DNA of 64,000 bases from an uncultured Actinomycetota bacterium (GTDB taxonomy: Bacteria; Actinomycetota; Actinomycetes; Propionibacteriales; Nocardioidaceae): NCBI GenBank assembly GCA_963800245.1, contig CAWDAE010000009.1, positions 57,227 through 121,226 of the forward strand. The letters run 5' to 3'. Below, one piece after another: positions 36,435-45,125 of this stretch. The notes under the pieces were generated by a model. It was given only the letters and a program-made list of their open reading frames with translations. It ran no database searches and was not told where the DNA came from. Within the stretch, counting starts at the first letter, position 1; every line of letters begins with the position of its first letter. The translations under genes were made by a program, and so were the position numbers.

Positions 36435-36593
36435 ATGGACATCACGAACACGGACACCAGCCACCCACCGACGAGGTACCACGACCTCCTCGACCACTTT
36501 CGCGAGCTCACCGAACATGAGCTCCTCAATCTCGAGCCCTGCAATGCCGCGTGCTGGATCGCGGTGCGTGTGAAGCCGCTCCGCGAGGAGTAG
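36435..36593 (+). CDS. possible small ORF (52 aa), not in the supplied track
   Basis: ATG 36435 to TAG 36591-36593, reading MDITNTDTSHPPTRYHDLLDHFRELTEHELLNLEPCNAACWIAVRVKPLREE. Codons are mostly G/C-ending. A weak hairpin plus T-run follows. Confidence 0.25.
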   Translation: MDITNTDTSHPPTRYHDLLDHFRELTEHELLNLEPCNAACWIAVRVKPLREE

Positions 36594-36777
36594 CGGCTAC
36601 GACAGTCCGCTTCAAGTTTTTGGTTGCGGTGCACGCCCGATTGCACGGTGTGGCGGGGGTGTGGATCTCTGCGGCCCTCTCCGGATGGCTGATGAGATGC
36701 GCGGACCTCATTGCGTGGTGCATCTCCATCGGCACTGTCCGTTCCGACCAGTTCGGAACGACCACCAGGAGCAGACA

Positions 36778-39700
36778 ATGCCCCAGTTCACCGCCCGCGG
36801 AGTTCACCAGCCGCTCGCCGACAAGTGCCCAGCCTTGCACCCTCGGAACCTCGACTTCGCGCGGTTCTCCAAGGAGAACGATGAGGGGGGCGTCGCGGGG
36901 CAGCGAGCCGCCCACTTCAAGCGGTATGCCGATGATCAGGACATCGCCGCCCTGGCGGCGATCCCGAAGGCGGCCTGGGACCCGAAGCACCCGGAGATCG
37001 GAGCCCTGCACGGCATCGTGTGGATCACCCTCCGAGACCTTCACCCGACTCTCGACAAGGCTGAGCCGTTCGCGGCTCTCACGAGCCGCGGTCAAACGCT
37101 CTTCGTCAGTGTTGCCCTTTCCGCGACCAAGGCTCACATCACTCGCGACGACGGATCGACGGAGAACGGCTACACCTGGCTCCTCCTGTCGCTGCTCAAC
37201 CAGTACCGGAAGGCGGCACAGGTCCGCTTCGCGGACGACCTGACCCGGGCCGGTCGCACCGACGTGGGCTGGGCTTCCATCAAGGAGAAGTGCCACGACT
37301 ACGAGATCGCGATGACCTTCGGAGGTCGTTCCTACGACCTCACGGACAAGGGCCACCGCACAGCCCTCGCAATCCTGAGCGTGGTCGCCAGTACTGACGA
37401 TGACCTCCGTCGGGAGAAGTTGACGGGCAAGCGGATCGCCAAGTTCGATCTGGGCGGCTGCGGGGTGCCCGAGCACGGCATGCCGAAGGGATGGCGCCAC
37501 GCTCGTGACGCTCACGGACGGCGCATCAAGCTGGACGACCGCGGCTACGTCCCTGAGGCGGAGCCGTCCATGACCGAGGTGCTTCAGAAGCTGTACTCCC
37601 GCTACGCGGCCGGCGATGGGGCATCTGCTCTGTACCCGTTGATCAAGGGCTTCGAGGCTGATGGGCTGCTGGTGCGACGCGACCACTCGAGGCCCGACAA
37701 CACCTACGCCGCCTCGGAGGGGCTCGCGACGAGCAAGGACGCCGCAGTGTGGCCCTTCTTCTTCAGCGCTTCAGCACGGCCCGAAACGGTGCCGACAGAG
37801 GAGGCCATCGCCCGGTACCTGGACGGCGAGGACCCACTTCAGCTGTTCACCGAGGATGTAAACGCGTACCTCGGGCGTGTCGAGCTGGTCCGCACCGGGC
37901 GCTACTACCGCCGGTTGAAAAACGACATGAAGGGCATCCAGACCAAGGGCGTCAACGGCTATCGCCCCGTCATGAGCGATGAGCTGGACGTGAAGGGTTC
38001 CTTCTACGCGCTGTCCGACCCCTGGCCCTGGCCTCTCGATGAGGAGGGGCAGCCCATCCCGTCGTTCGGCATCGACGATGCCACCTGCCGCCAGGTGGGT
38101 GCGCGCCTCTTGCGACGCCTCGGAAGAACGCCCGACGGCCGGGGTGGTCGGTCGCGTCGGGACGGCCTGCGTCGAGCGCTCCAGACGTTCGGCACATGGA
38201 CGACATCGGCGGAGGACCCGGCCAACGTCTACGAGGACCAGCCCACCGCGTGGGGCGTCCGGGCCAGAACCCACAACTCGGGCAAGAACACGTTCTGCGT
38301 GATGCACCGTCCGGCCAGCGAGACAGGCGGGTGGGGGTACCTGCCTGACGTGGCGACAGGGTCGCTGGCCGAGCTCACCGCGTCGCTGGCACGGGTGCTT
38401 GATTCTGCGGCGAGAGACCTGATCGACCCAGAGACCGTCGTGTCAGCTGCTGTCGTGCCCGGCCACGCCGGTGACGGCAACAGTGCACTGCGACTCCGGA
38501 TTCGCAGGAGGGAGGACGACCGGGCGCAACTGGAACTTGAGGCACGCGGGTTCTACAGGATGGCCGCCCGGGCGTCGGCGACTGAGGACGAAGCAGCGGC
38601 GGCACTGCACGAGGAACGTGCGAAGACAACCGAGGAAGACATGGCTGCCCTCACGGCGGAGATCGAGGCGCTGGAGGAGCAGCTTGTTCAGCTGGACGAG
38701 AGCAGCACGGAGCGCGATGCCGAGGCCAACCTCGGCCTGGTCGCCTTCCTCGTCGCGAACCTGGAGCGCGCGTCCGAGCAGCGCGGCCTCACCAGCGGCC
38801 GGGTCGGCAAGCTATGCGACGAGACCTTCACCAACTGGCGCTTCGCACCTCAGGCCGCGGCACTCTCGTGGAGCTGCACCGCCCGCGTCCACCTGACCAC
38901 GGGCGAGGTCCTCGAACTCCCGCTGACGGGCACGATCCGCGACCTCCACCACAGTGCGGGTGTGGCACAGCACCGGTTGGCCGCAACGGCCCGCTACATC
39001 TTCGACGAGGGACGCGACGTGGATCAGGTGGCCGGCTACGTCGGGTGCGAGCGCCGGACGCTGTTCAACTACCACGTCATGCCCTGGCTGCGCGACAACG
39101 GCGTGACTTCCCCGGGTCTCAAGTGCGCCCTGGTCGACCACCCGGTGGGACTGGTCCGTCAGATCATGTGGCGTTCGGTGAAGGGCCAGGACGCCTTGGA
39201 CCTGACAGTCGCACCCGCCTTCGCCGACCTGATTCGGCGGACCTACCTCAACGCCACTGAGACCTGGGGTTACACAACCGTGCCAGATGACGTCACGTGG
39301 GTTCAGCGTGCCCTGGACGTCCTCACGCGCGACGATGCGACGGCTCGCGAAGGGATCTCGGTCGAGGAGCTTGCGCTCCTGCTGGACAAGTCCGTGTGGA
39401 CGGTGCGCCAGCTGGTGACGCCCCGCAGCCGTGTGAACGGCTTCAAGCGACCGCGCTATATCGAGTACGCCGACGACGCCAGGACGCGACTCCGCCCGAT
39501 CACCTGCCCGCACGATCAGACCCCCGCCGCACACGTCTGCCTCACCCCCGAGGTGGCCGCGAGCGGTGTTGGCGTCCTCTGTCGACGTTGCCGGCGGGTC
39601 CCCGTCGCGGATGCGAACTGGTCTCGCGTGCTCTTCCCTGTCGAGTACCTGGCCAGGTGGACCCGTAGCCCCGCCAAGACCTCCATCATGGATGGGCGGG

Positions 39701-39978
39701 GCACGATCAGTACTAGTCCGGTGGTGCACGTCGGTCGCGATGACGGCCCTAGACAGAAGGGTCGGTGGCCCGGAGCAGCGCTCCGGGCCACCGACGTGGG
39801 TAGGCAGGGTCAGGCCGCGGGCACGAGCCGGTCCTGCACAGCCTCGATCCGAGCACCGAGATCGGTGCGCAGGTCCTGGGCCGTCGCGCTGATCTTCTCC
39901 GCAGCCCGTCGACAGCTCGCGGCTTGTCTCTGGATCTCGTCCAGAGGTGCCATGCCCGCGGCTATCGCTCGAACATGA
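36778..39978 (+). CDS. 1,066-aa large serine-recombinase-like protein (divergent; family assignment tentative)
   Basis: ATG 36778 with AGGAG upstream. It shows a resolvase E-helix-like ALAILSVVASTDDDLRREKLTGKRIAKF and a recombinase-domain-like GVPEHGMPKGWRH...EVLQKLYSRYAAGDGASALYPLIKGFEADGLLVR. A coiled coil (EIEALEEQLVQLDE) follows, then a C-terminal HTH GISVEELALLLDKSVWTVRQLV and a Cys cluster. The last ~70 codons are antisense to the next gene and may not be genuine. Confidence 0.45.
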   Translation: MPQFTARGVHQPLADKCPALHPRNLDFARFSKENDEGGVAGQRAAHFKRYADDQDIAALAAIPKAAWDPKHPEIGALHGIVWITLRDLHPTLDKAEPFAALTSRGQTLFVSVALSATKAHITRDDGSTENGYTWLLLSLLNQYRKAAQVRFADDLTRAGRTDVGWASIKEKCHDYEIAMTFGGRSYDLTDKGHRTALAILSVVASTDDDLRREKLTGKRIAKFDLGGCGVPEHGMPKGWRHARDAHGRRIKLDDRGYVPEAEPSMTEVLQKLYSRYAAGDGASALYPLIKGFEADGLLVRRDHSRPDNTYAASEGLATSKDAAVWPFFFSASARPETVPTEEAIARYLDGEDPLQLFTEDVNAYLGRVELVRTGRYYRRLKNDMKGIQTKGVNGYRPVMSDELDVKGSFYALSDPWPWPLDEEGQPIPSFGIDDATCRQVGARLLRRLGRTPDGRGGRSRRDGLRRALQTFGTWTTSAEDPANVYEDQPTAWGVRARTHNSGKNTFCVMHRPASETGGWGYLPDVATGSLAELTASLARVLDSAARDLIDPETVVSAAVVPGHAGDGNSALRLRIRRREDDRAQLELEARGFYRMAARASATEDEAAAALHEERAKTTEEDMAALTAEIEALEEQLVQLDESSTERDAEANLGLVAFLVANLERASEQRGLTSGRVGKLCDETFTNWRFAPQAAALSWSCTARVHLTTGEVLELPLTGTIRDLHHSAGVAQHRLAATARYIFDEGRDVDQVAGYVGCERRTLFNYHVMPWLRDNGVTSPGLKCALVDHPVGLVRQIMWRSVKGQDALDLTVAPAFADLIRRTYLNATETWGYTTVPDDVTWVQRALDVLTRDDATAREGISVEELALLLDKSVWTVRQLVTPRSRVNGFKRPRYIEYADDARTRLRPITCPHDQTPAAHVCLTPEVAASGVGVLCRRCRRVPVADANWSRVLFPVEYLARWTRSPAKTSIMDGRGTISTSPVVHVGRDDGPRQKGRWPGAALRATDVGRQGQAAGTSRSCTASIRAPRSVRRSWAVALIFSAARRQLAACLWISSRGAMPAAIART
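39764..39792. terminator. 13-bp-stem GC hairpin between convergent genes
   Basis: GGTGGCCCGGAGC-agc-GCTCCGGGCCACC. It ends 18 nt downstream of the minus-strand stop (39810) and lies inside the annotated tail of the plus-strand ORF. Confidence 0.55.
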
Positions 39979-41074
39979 GCTTCGAGCTCGGTAGCGGAGC
40001 AGGTCGCATCCTGGCGCTGCTGAGCTGCCGCGAGGCGACCCAGCTGGTAGACGGCCCGGAGCAGCTCGTCGCTGTCGGAGTCGTCCCAGGCCACCACCAG
40101 GCGGCGACCGTCGAGCACCAGCACCGGCGTGTCCGGGCTGGGCATCTGATTCCGTGGACAGACCCCGATGGCCACCGCGGCGTTGCGAGCGTGGAGCGCT
40201 TGCTCCAAGGCTGCCTCCCACTGCCGGAGTGACACCACGGCACCAGGACGGTTCTTGCACTCGACGACGAGGCGGGGTCGCATGGGCAGGCTGCGCAGGT
40301 CCACGACGACGTCTCCATGACGTGACCCGTCGGTGCCAGCGCTGCCGCCCACACCATCCGCTCCACCGTCTCCGGCGGCTGCTGCGATGGCGTGCACGGC
40401 CTCCTTGACGGCGGCCTCGTACACGAGCCCCTTGCGGGGCCCGCTCGCCTGCGAAGCGGCCGCCACGGAGGCGTTCGCCAGCAGCGCTCGAAGCTCGCCA
40501 ACGACCTCGGCGAGGTGGCCGTTCTGCTGGCTGATCGACCTCGAGAGTCGACGGCGCTGCGCTCGCGGTCAGCCGCGATGAGCGAGCCTAGCTGCCGTCG
40601 GTCCGTGTCCAGAAGACGGTGGATCTCCGACAGGGCGCTAGCCGTGACCTGGTTGACGGCTCTTGCGGAGGCCTCGGGGAGGAGGGCATCCGAGCCGGTC
40701 AGGACCCGCTGTACCCCTTCGGCGAGACGGTCGACCGCGGCTTGCGCCGCAACGGCCACATCTCCGGTGGTGGGGTCCGTCGCCTTGGCGACGCTGGCGT
40801 GCAGCCGGTCCACGACTTGCTGCAAAGATCGCTGTAGCTCTCGGTCGAGCCGGTCGAGGGCCTGGTCGATGCGTGCCAGGTCTGTCCCGGCGCCGGCCGC
40901 GGTGACCGCTGCGGCGCCCGCTGTGACCAGGTGCGCGAACCAGGTGGCGAGTTCGTCGCCCCGGGCGGAGGCGGCCTGGGCACCGGCGAGGACTGTTCGG
41001 TCGCTCGTGCTCCACGTGGTCACGTGCAGCGTGTCGCCGGCGAGCGTCACCTGGGTGTTGGGGACGTGGTTCAT
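39810..41074 (-). pseudogene. coiled-coil + PD-(D/E)xK nuclease-fold protein (DUF2130-like architecture), one frameshift
   Basis: The N-terminal part runs from MNHVPNTQVTLAGD... to ...LIAADRERSAVDS, in the frame of track ORF 39962..41170. It continues in the frame of 39810..40466 as RSISQQNGHLAEVVGELRALL..KGLVYEAAVKEAV..GDVVVDL..RLVVECKNRPG... The junction lies at ~40540-40570. Confidence 0.55.
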
Positions 41075-41229
41075 GCAGCCCTCCCGCCCTGGCTGGGGTA
41101 CGACGGCGCCGACACCGGCAGCACGAGGTGGAGCGGCAGCCCCAACCCGGCCTTGATGCAGAGCCGGCACTGGGGGAGCGAGGCCGGGGGCTGACCCGGT
41201 ACGTGCCAGCGATCGTCCTCTGAGGCCAT
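41071..41229 (-). CDS. small hypothetical ORF translationally coupled (ATGA) to the downstream nuclease-like gene
   Basis: MASEDDRWHVPGQPPASLPQCRLCIKAGLGLPLHLVLPVSAPSYPSQGGRAA. Its stop TGA overlaps ATG 41074. It may extend upstream to ~41372 through another frameshift (VTLGVLYVDTLSHGPAMEDAVTLYGRIKQLDRA). Confidence 0.3.
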   Translation of the reverse strand: MASEDDRWHVPGQPPASLPQCRLCIKAGLGLPLHLVLPVSAPSYPSQGGRAA

Positions 41230-41802
41230 GACGACGCGGTGCTCGTCGTGGCTGTAGCGCGGAACCGGGACAACGCCCGGTCCAGCTGCTTGATGCGGCC
41301 GTAGAGGGTCACTGCGTCCTCCATGGCCGGGCCGTGCGACAACGTGTCGACGTACAGCACACCGAGGGTCACCGTTCACGCAGCAACGCCGTCGCGAGCA
41401 GTCGGCGGGCGAAGGGCCCGTAGGGAAGTGGGTTGTGTGGGCATCGGACCTCCAGGTCCGGTTGGGCGGCTGGGCCTTCGACAGGCTTTGTCCGCCGGAC
41501 CGCTACAAGGCGGCCACACCAACCCGTCGAGGCGCTTCGCGACTCCGCAAGCGGGAGGTGTGACTGCCGTCACGAGGGCAATCGGGGTGAACCACTGCGC
41601 GGCCTACTGACGCTGCAGGACCTTCCCTACGTAAGGAGGTCGGTCACCTGCCTCGCACGGATCCCCGAGCCGGTACAGCCCAGGTGGGGCCCGGTTCGCG
41701 CGAACCTCAGAACGACAGGACCCGGTCCCTTGACCGCGAAGATCGCGACATCGCCGGTGGGTCACGGTTACCGTGCTGTCCTCGGATCGGGGGGGTGGTG
41801 CC

Positions 41803-42648
41803 ATGGCGCTCGTCTCGCGGGCTCAGATCCTGGTAACGGTCAAGGCGCAACCGGCTCTCAGCCAGAGGCACGGCGAGGTCGTATGCGTCGCTGGTGTCCG
41901 GTTCGACGACGGTCCCCCGCGCTGGATCCGGTTGTTCCCCGTCGGATTCCGCGACCTCGAGAAGGTGCAGCGGTTCAGGAAGTACCAACTCCTAGACGTC
42001 GATGTTCGCCGCGCGCGCAGTGATGCTCGCCCGGAGAGCTACACCCCGGACATGGCGACGGCGTCCCTGGGTGAGGTCGTTCCGACCGGCCGCGACGGGC
42101 TCTGGCGTCCGCGGTGGGAGCTGTTGAGGACCCTGGCCGGCACTCGGACGATGTGCGAACTCAACCGTGCACAACGCCAGAGCGCAGGTCACGTGGTCGA
42201 CTCGCTCGCCATGATCCGGCCCCGCGAGGTGCGTGACGTGCGGGTCATCGACACCCCGGGGTTCAGCCAGGCTCAGCAACTCCTGGCCCAGGTCGCAGCC
42301 GAGGCCGACTTGTTCGGTCCAGCCCGGGAGCCGCTCGAGCCCCCGCCCTTCACCGTCGTGTACGACTACACCTGCCTCGACAGCAACTGCACGGGCCACT
42401 CGCAGACCTGTGTCGACTGGGAGGTGGGTGCGGCTGGGAGGTCCTGGCTCAGGACCAGCACGAGGGACGAGGTCCGTACGCAGCTCCGGAGGAAGTGGCT
42501 GGACGAGCTCTGTGGGCCGGACCGAGACACCTGGTTCTTCGTGGGCAACCAGCACCAGCACCCGCAGAGCTACCTCGTCCTGGGCGTGTACTGGCCGCGC
42601 AGCCCGGTGCAAGGCACCACGGAACAGCTCGAGCTCCCGCTTTTCTGA
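41803..42648 (+). CDS. hypothetical protein with C-terminal Cys/His cluster
   Basis: 281 aa from ATG 41803. CLDSNCTGHSQTCVDWE and FFVGNQHQHPQSYLVLGVYWP. No family recognised. Confidence 0.55.
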   Translation: MALVSRAQILVTVKAQPALSQRHGEVVCVAGVRFDDGPPRWIRLFPVGFRDLEKVQRFRKYQLLDVDVRRARSDARPESYTPDMATASLGEVVPTGRDGLWRPRWELLRTLAGTRTMCELNRAQRQSAGHVVDSLAMIRPREVRDVRVIDTPGFSQAQQLLAQVAAEADLFGPAREPLEPPPFTVVYDYTCLDSNCTGHSQTCVDWEVGAAGRSWLRTSTRDEVRTQLRRKWLDELCGPDRDTWFFVGNQHQHPQSYLVLGVYWPRSPVQGTTEQLELPLF

Positions 42649-42664
42649 GCTTGGGCTGTTCCGG

Positions 42665-43111
42665 TCAGGCGTGCTGCAGCCGGGCTCGGGCCGGGAGACG
42701 ATCCATCACGTGCTCCGTCACAACCTGGCGGTGGCACTGCTCATGGTCACGCTCGAAGCAGAGGACGCCAACGACGTTGCCTCCAGCCAGGCGCGCGATC
42801 TCCTCTAGTGCGACCTGGGAGTCGGGCTGGTCGAGAAGATCCGCGAAGGCACGCCTCCCCTCGAGCACCCGACCCGAGCGGAACGGATCCCGGTTCTCCT
42901 TCGGGTTGCCTAGCGCGCGCAGGTGCATGTACGCGATTCCAGCGTCAGCGAGTCGCTGTGACAAGGCCGTCTTCGAGAGGCCCGGCTTTCTCGACAGGGG
43001 CGTGAGTCGAACGTCGACCAGGACGGTGACTCGCTGGTCGACGAGTTCTCGGACGAGGTCCTCCGAGGTGCGGCCTTCGTATCCGATCGAGACGATGCGC
43101 AGCGCGGCCAT
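42665..43111 (-). CDS. DUF488 domain-containing protein
   Basis: MAALRIVSIGYEGRTSEDLVRELVDQRVTVLVDVRLTPLSRKPGLSK...LCFERDHEQCHRQVV, which is the classic DUF488 pattern. Confidence 0.8.
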   Translation of the reverse strand: MAALRIVSIGYEGRTSEDLVRELVDQRVTVLVDVRLTPLSRKPGLSKTALSQRLADAGIAYMHLRALGNPKENRDPFRSGRVLEGRRAFADLLDQPDSQVALEEIARLAGGNVVGVLCFERDHEQCHRQVVTEHVMDRLPARARLQHA

Positions 43112-43600
43112 GCGCACACTCTGCCAGGAGAGCTGCTCATCATCCGACTGCAACGCACACACCGCGTCGCTCCCGCCTCCGGCTTGAGCAGTCTCACAGC
43201 CGGCGCCCAGCCCTAGACAGGGGAGCCGTCGACTCCCGGGCCACCCGCACCTGCGGTCGGGCGCCAGCACCTTGGTGGTGCGTGTTGCCACGACCCGCAA
43301 CAACCGGCTGTCCTCGCTCGACACGGCGGTCAAGAGCCGGGACGTCCTGCAGGAGTACGGCCATCGGTCCCGTGACGCCGTCCAAGCAGGTCATGGTCTG
43401 GCGGCAGGCCAACTGACCCGTCAACTGGCGGCCAGCACGGGTTCCGGTGCCGGCCGCTCCACGTCCCGGTCAGGTCGCGCGAGTCGTGCTGGCCGGCGGA
43501 GGTATGCCTCGGACCCAGCCGGCTCAGCACCTTGAGGCTTCGGTCGTGGTCGCGCAACGACTTGGTCGTCTGACGCGTACCACGCGGACGTGCCCTGAGG

Positions 43601-44647
43601 TCATTGCAGATCTCGGATCAAGGTGCGGACGGCCTTCGGTACCTCGCGAGGCTTGACGGCCTGGTCCGTCACGTTGGCGATCCGTCTACCCGTGGCGTGT
43701 CTGGCTGCTACCGCCACCTCGCCGTCATCTGAATCGGAGCAGCAGATCCGGACCTCGCCCTTTGGGCCGTGTGGCTCACCGATGATGCACATGCGGTGGT
43801 CCGGGTGATCCTGTCGACGCCAGTCCCGCGTGCCCTGGGCGGCTTGTGCCAAGGCGTTGCTGAACTCGAGCGCACTTGGCGTGCGTGCCGCCGGGTCGAG
43901 CCGGAGCCCGGCTCGAACAACGGTGCCAATGGCCTGCGGCACGTGTGGAGCCAGGTCCCGGAGTTCGCGGATGCGGCCCTGCCTGATGAGCGGGGCCTGC
44001 TCGTGAATAGGGGTGCGGTGGTCGACGGGGTACTCGCCCGCCAGTGCGTAGAAGGCGGTCGCAGCGAGCGAGTAGACGTCACCGGCGATGGAGCAGAAGC
44101 CCGCGCGCTCGTCGACTGCCTCGGGAGCAAGGGTGCACCACGAGCCATTCCGGCCCGCTCGACCGTGCGCGTCGAGCAGTTCGCAGTACTCGAGGTCCGC
44201 CAAGACGGCGCCATCCTCGCCGAGGAGAACGTTTCCGGGTTTGATGTCACGGTGCACCATTCCCGCGGCGTGGACACGGTCGACACCCGCAGACACCTGC
44301 AGGATCAGTCGTACCGCTCGAGACACCGGCAGTCCGACTCCGGCTGCGCGTGCTTCCAGATCGCCCAGGTTGACGATTTGCGTCACGATGAAACGGACGT
44401 CGAGATCGCGCACGACGTCCGCGTTCAAGACGTCTAGCAGGAAGCGGCTGCGGAGCTGCTCGAGACGGCGGGCCTCATCCCACGGGCCGGCGGCCGTATC
44501 TTCGACGGACTTGAGGAACTTCAGCGCACACTCGACCTCAAGGTTGCGGTCGTGCGCCTGGTAGACGGAACCGGTACTCCCCAGCCTGTGCAGCAGCTCG
44601 TACCGGTCGTTGACCAGGGTGCCCGTCGGTAGCGCGGACAAGTCCAT
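43601..44647 (-). CDS. Hanks-type serine/threonine protein kinase with uncharacterised C-terminal domain
   Basis: YELLHRLGSTGSVYQA, ALK, HRDIKPGNVLL, DLE (in place of DFG), TLAPEAV. An ~80-aa tail contains RMCIIGEPHGPKGEVRICCSDSDDGE. Confidence 0.85.
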   Translation of the reverse strand: MDLSALPTGTLVNDRYELLHRLGSTGSVYQAHDRNLEVECALKFLKSVEDTAAGPWDEARRLEQLRSRFLLDVLNADVVRDLDVRFIVTQIVNLGDLEARAAGVGLPVSRAVRLILQVSAGVDRVHAAGMVHRDIKPGNVLLGEDGAVLADLEYCELLDAHGRAGRNGSWCTLAPEAVDERAGFCSIAGDVYSLAATAFYALAGEYPVDHRTPIHEQAPLIRQGRIRELRDLAPHVPQAIGTVVRAGLRLDPAARTPSALEFSNALAQAAQGTRDWRRQDHPDHRMCIIGEPHGPKGEVRICCSDSDDGEVAVAARHATGRRIANVTDQAVKPREVPKAVRTLIRDLQ

Positions 44648-44669
44648 GCGGCAACGCTACGGTCAGACG

Positions 44670-45125
44670 ATGCAAGTACTCGGGATTTCGATCGAGCCCG
44701 GTGGCGGCCACCCTCGCCTCCACGGGGTCATCATGGGCGGCTCTCCGGGAGCACCGACCGTCGTCGACGCGTTCGAGTTGCGGACCAACGAGTCCGAGCC
44801 GTCGGAGCAAGCGGTCTCGCTGGCGCGGCTGCTTCTCGGCAAGCTCCCAGGGCTTTCCTTCGATCACGCTGCGGTGCGGACGGCCGGCACGGCTCCCGTC
44901 GCCAGCAGGTACCGAGCGCACTTCTCCCGAGCCCATGCCGAAGGCTCCGTGCTGTATGTGCTCCGGGAGCACGCCAAGAAGCCGGTGCTGTGCGGTGACC
45001 CCCAGGCCCTTGCAACGGCCGCCGGGACCAAGAAGGCCCAACTACTTGAGGATGCCGCCAAGATCTCAGAAGGCAACAAGGAGGCGAGAGTCGCGGCCCT
45101 CGGTGCCCTCATGGCAAACGCCTGA
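44670..45125 (+). CDS. small hypothetical protein (possibly DUF3010/RNase-H-fold-like; unverified)
   Basis: ATG 44670 lies 22 bp from the divergent kinase start. MQVLGISIEPGGG...DHAAVRTAG...HAEGSVLYVL recalls small RuvC/RNase-H-like proteins. Confidence 0.35.
   Translation: MQVLGISIEPGGGHPRLHGVIMGGSPGAPTVVDAFELRTNESEPSEQAVSLARLLLGKLPGLSFDHAAVRTAGTAPVASRYRAHFSRAHAEGSVLYVLREHAKKPVLCGDPQALATAAGTKKAQLLEDAAKISEGNKEARVAALGALMANA

Noticed and set aside
36107-36520. 137-aa track ORF between the zinc-ribbon gene and the recombinase-like gene
   Set aside because: It overlaps the end of the 253-aa gene. Its second half is His/Arg/Pro-rich and has mixed codon bias. Only the separate 52-aa frame (36435-36593) looked plausibly coding, and that only weakly.
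41644-41652. 9-bp match (TCACCTGCC) to the tRNA-Tyr 3' end as an alternative attR
   Set aside because: It is shorter than the 46121-46130 match. It lacks the GGTTC at matching offset, flanking arm-type 9-mers and a downstream orphan terminator. Accessory genes also continue beyond it.
43190-43560. Possible resolvase relic in the 490-bp gap between DUF488 and the kinase (plus-frame TLVVRVATTRNNRLSSLDTAVKSRDVLQEYG faintly like the DRLSR region)
   Set aside because: The resemblance rests on a few residues. There is no catalytic-Ser segment, start codon or RBS. It cannot be supported without a profile search.
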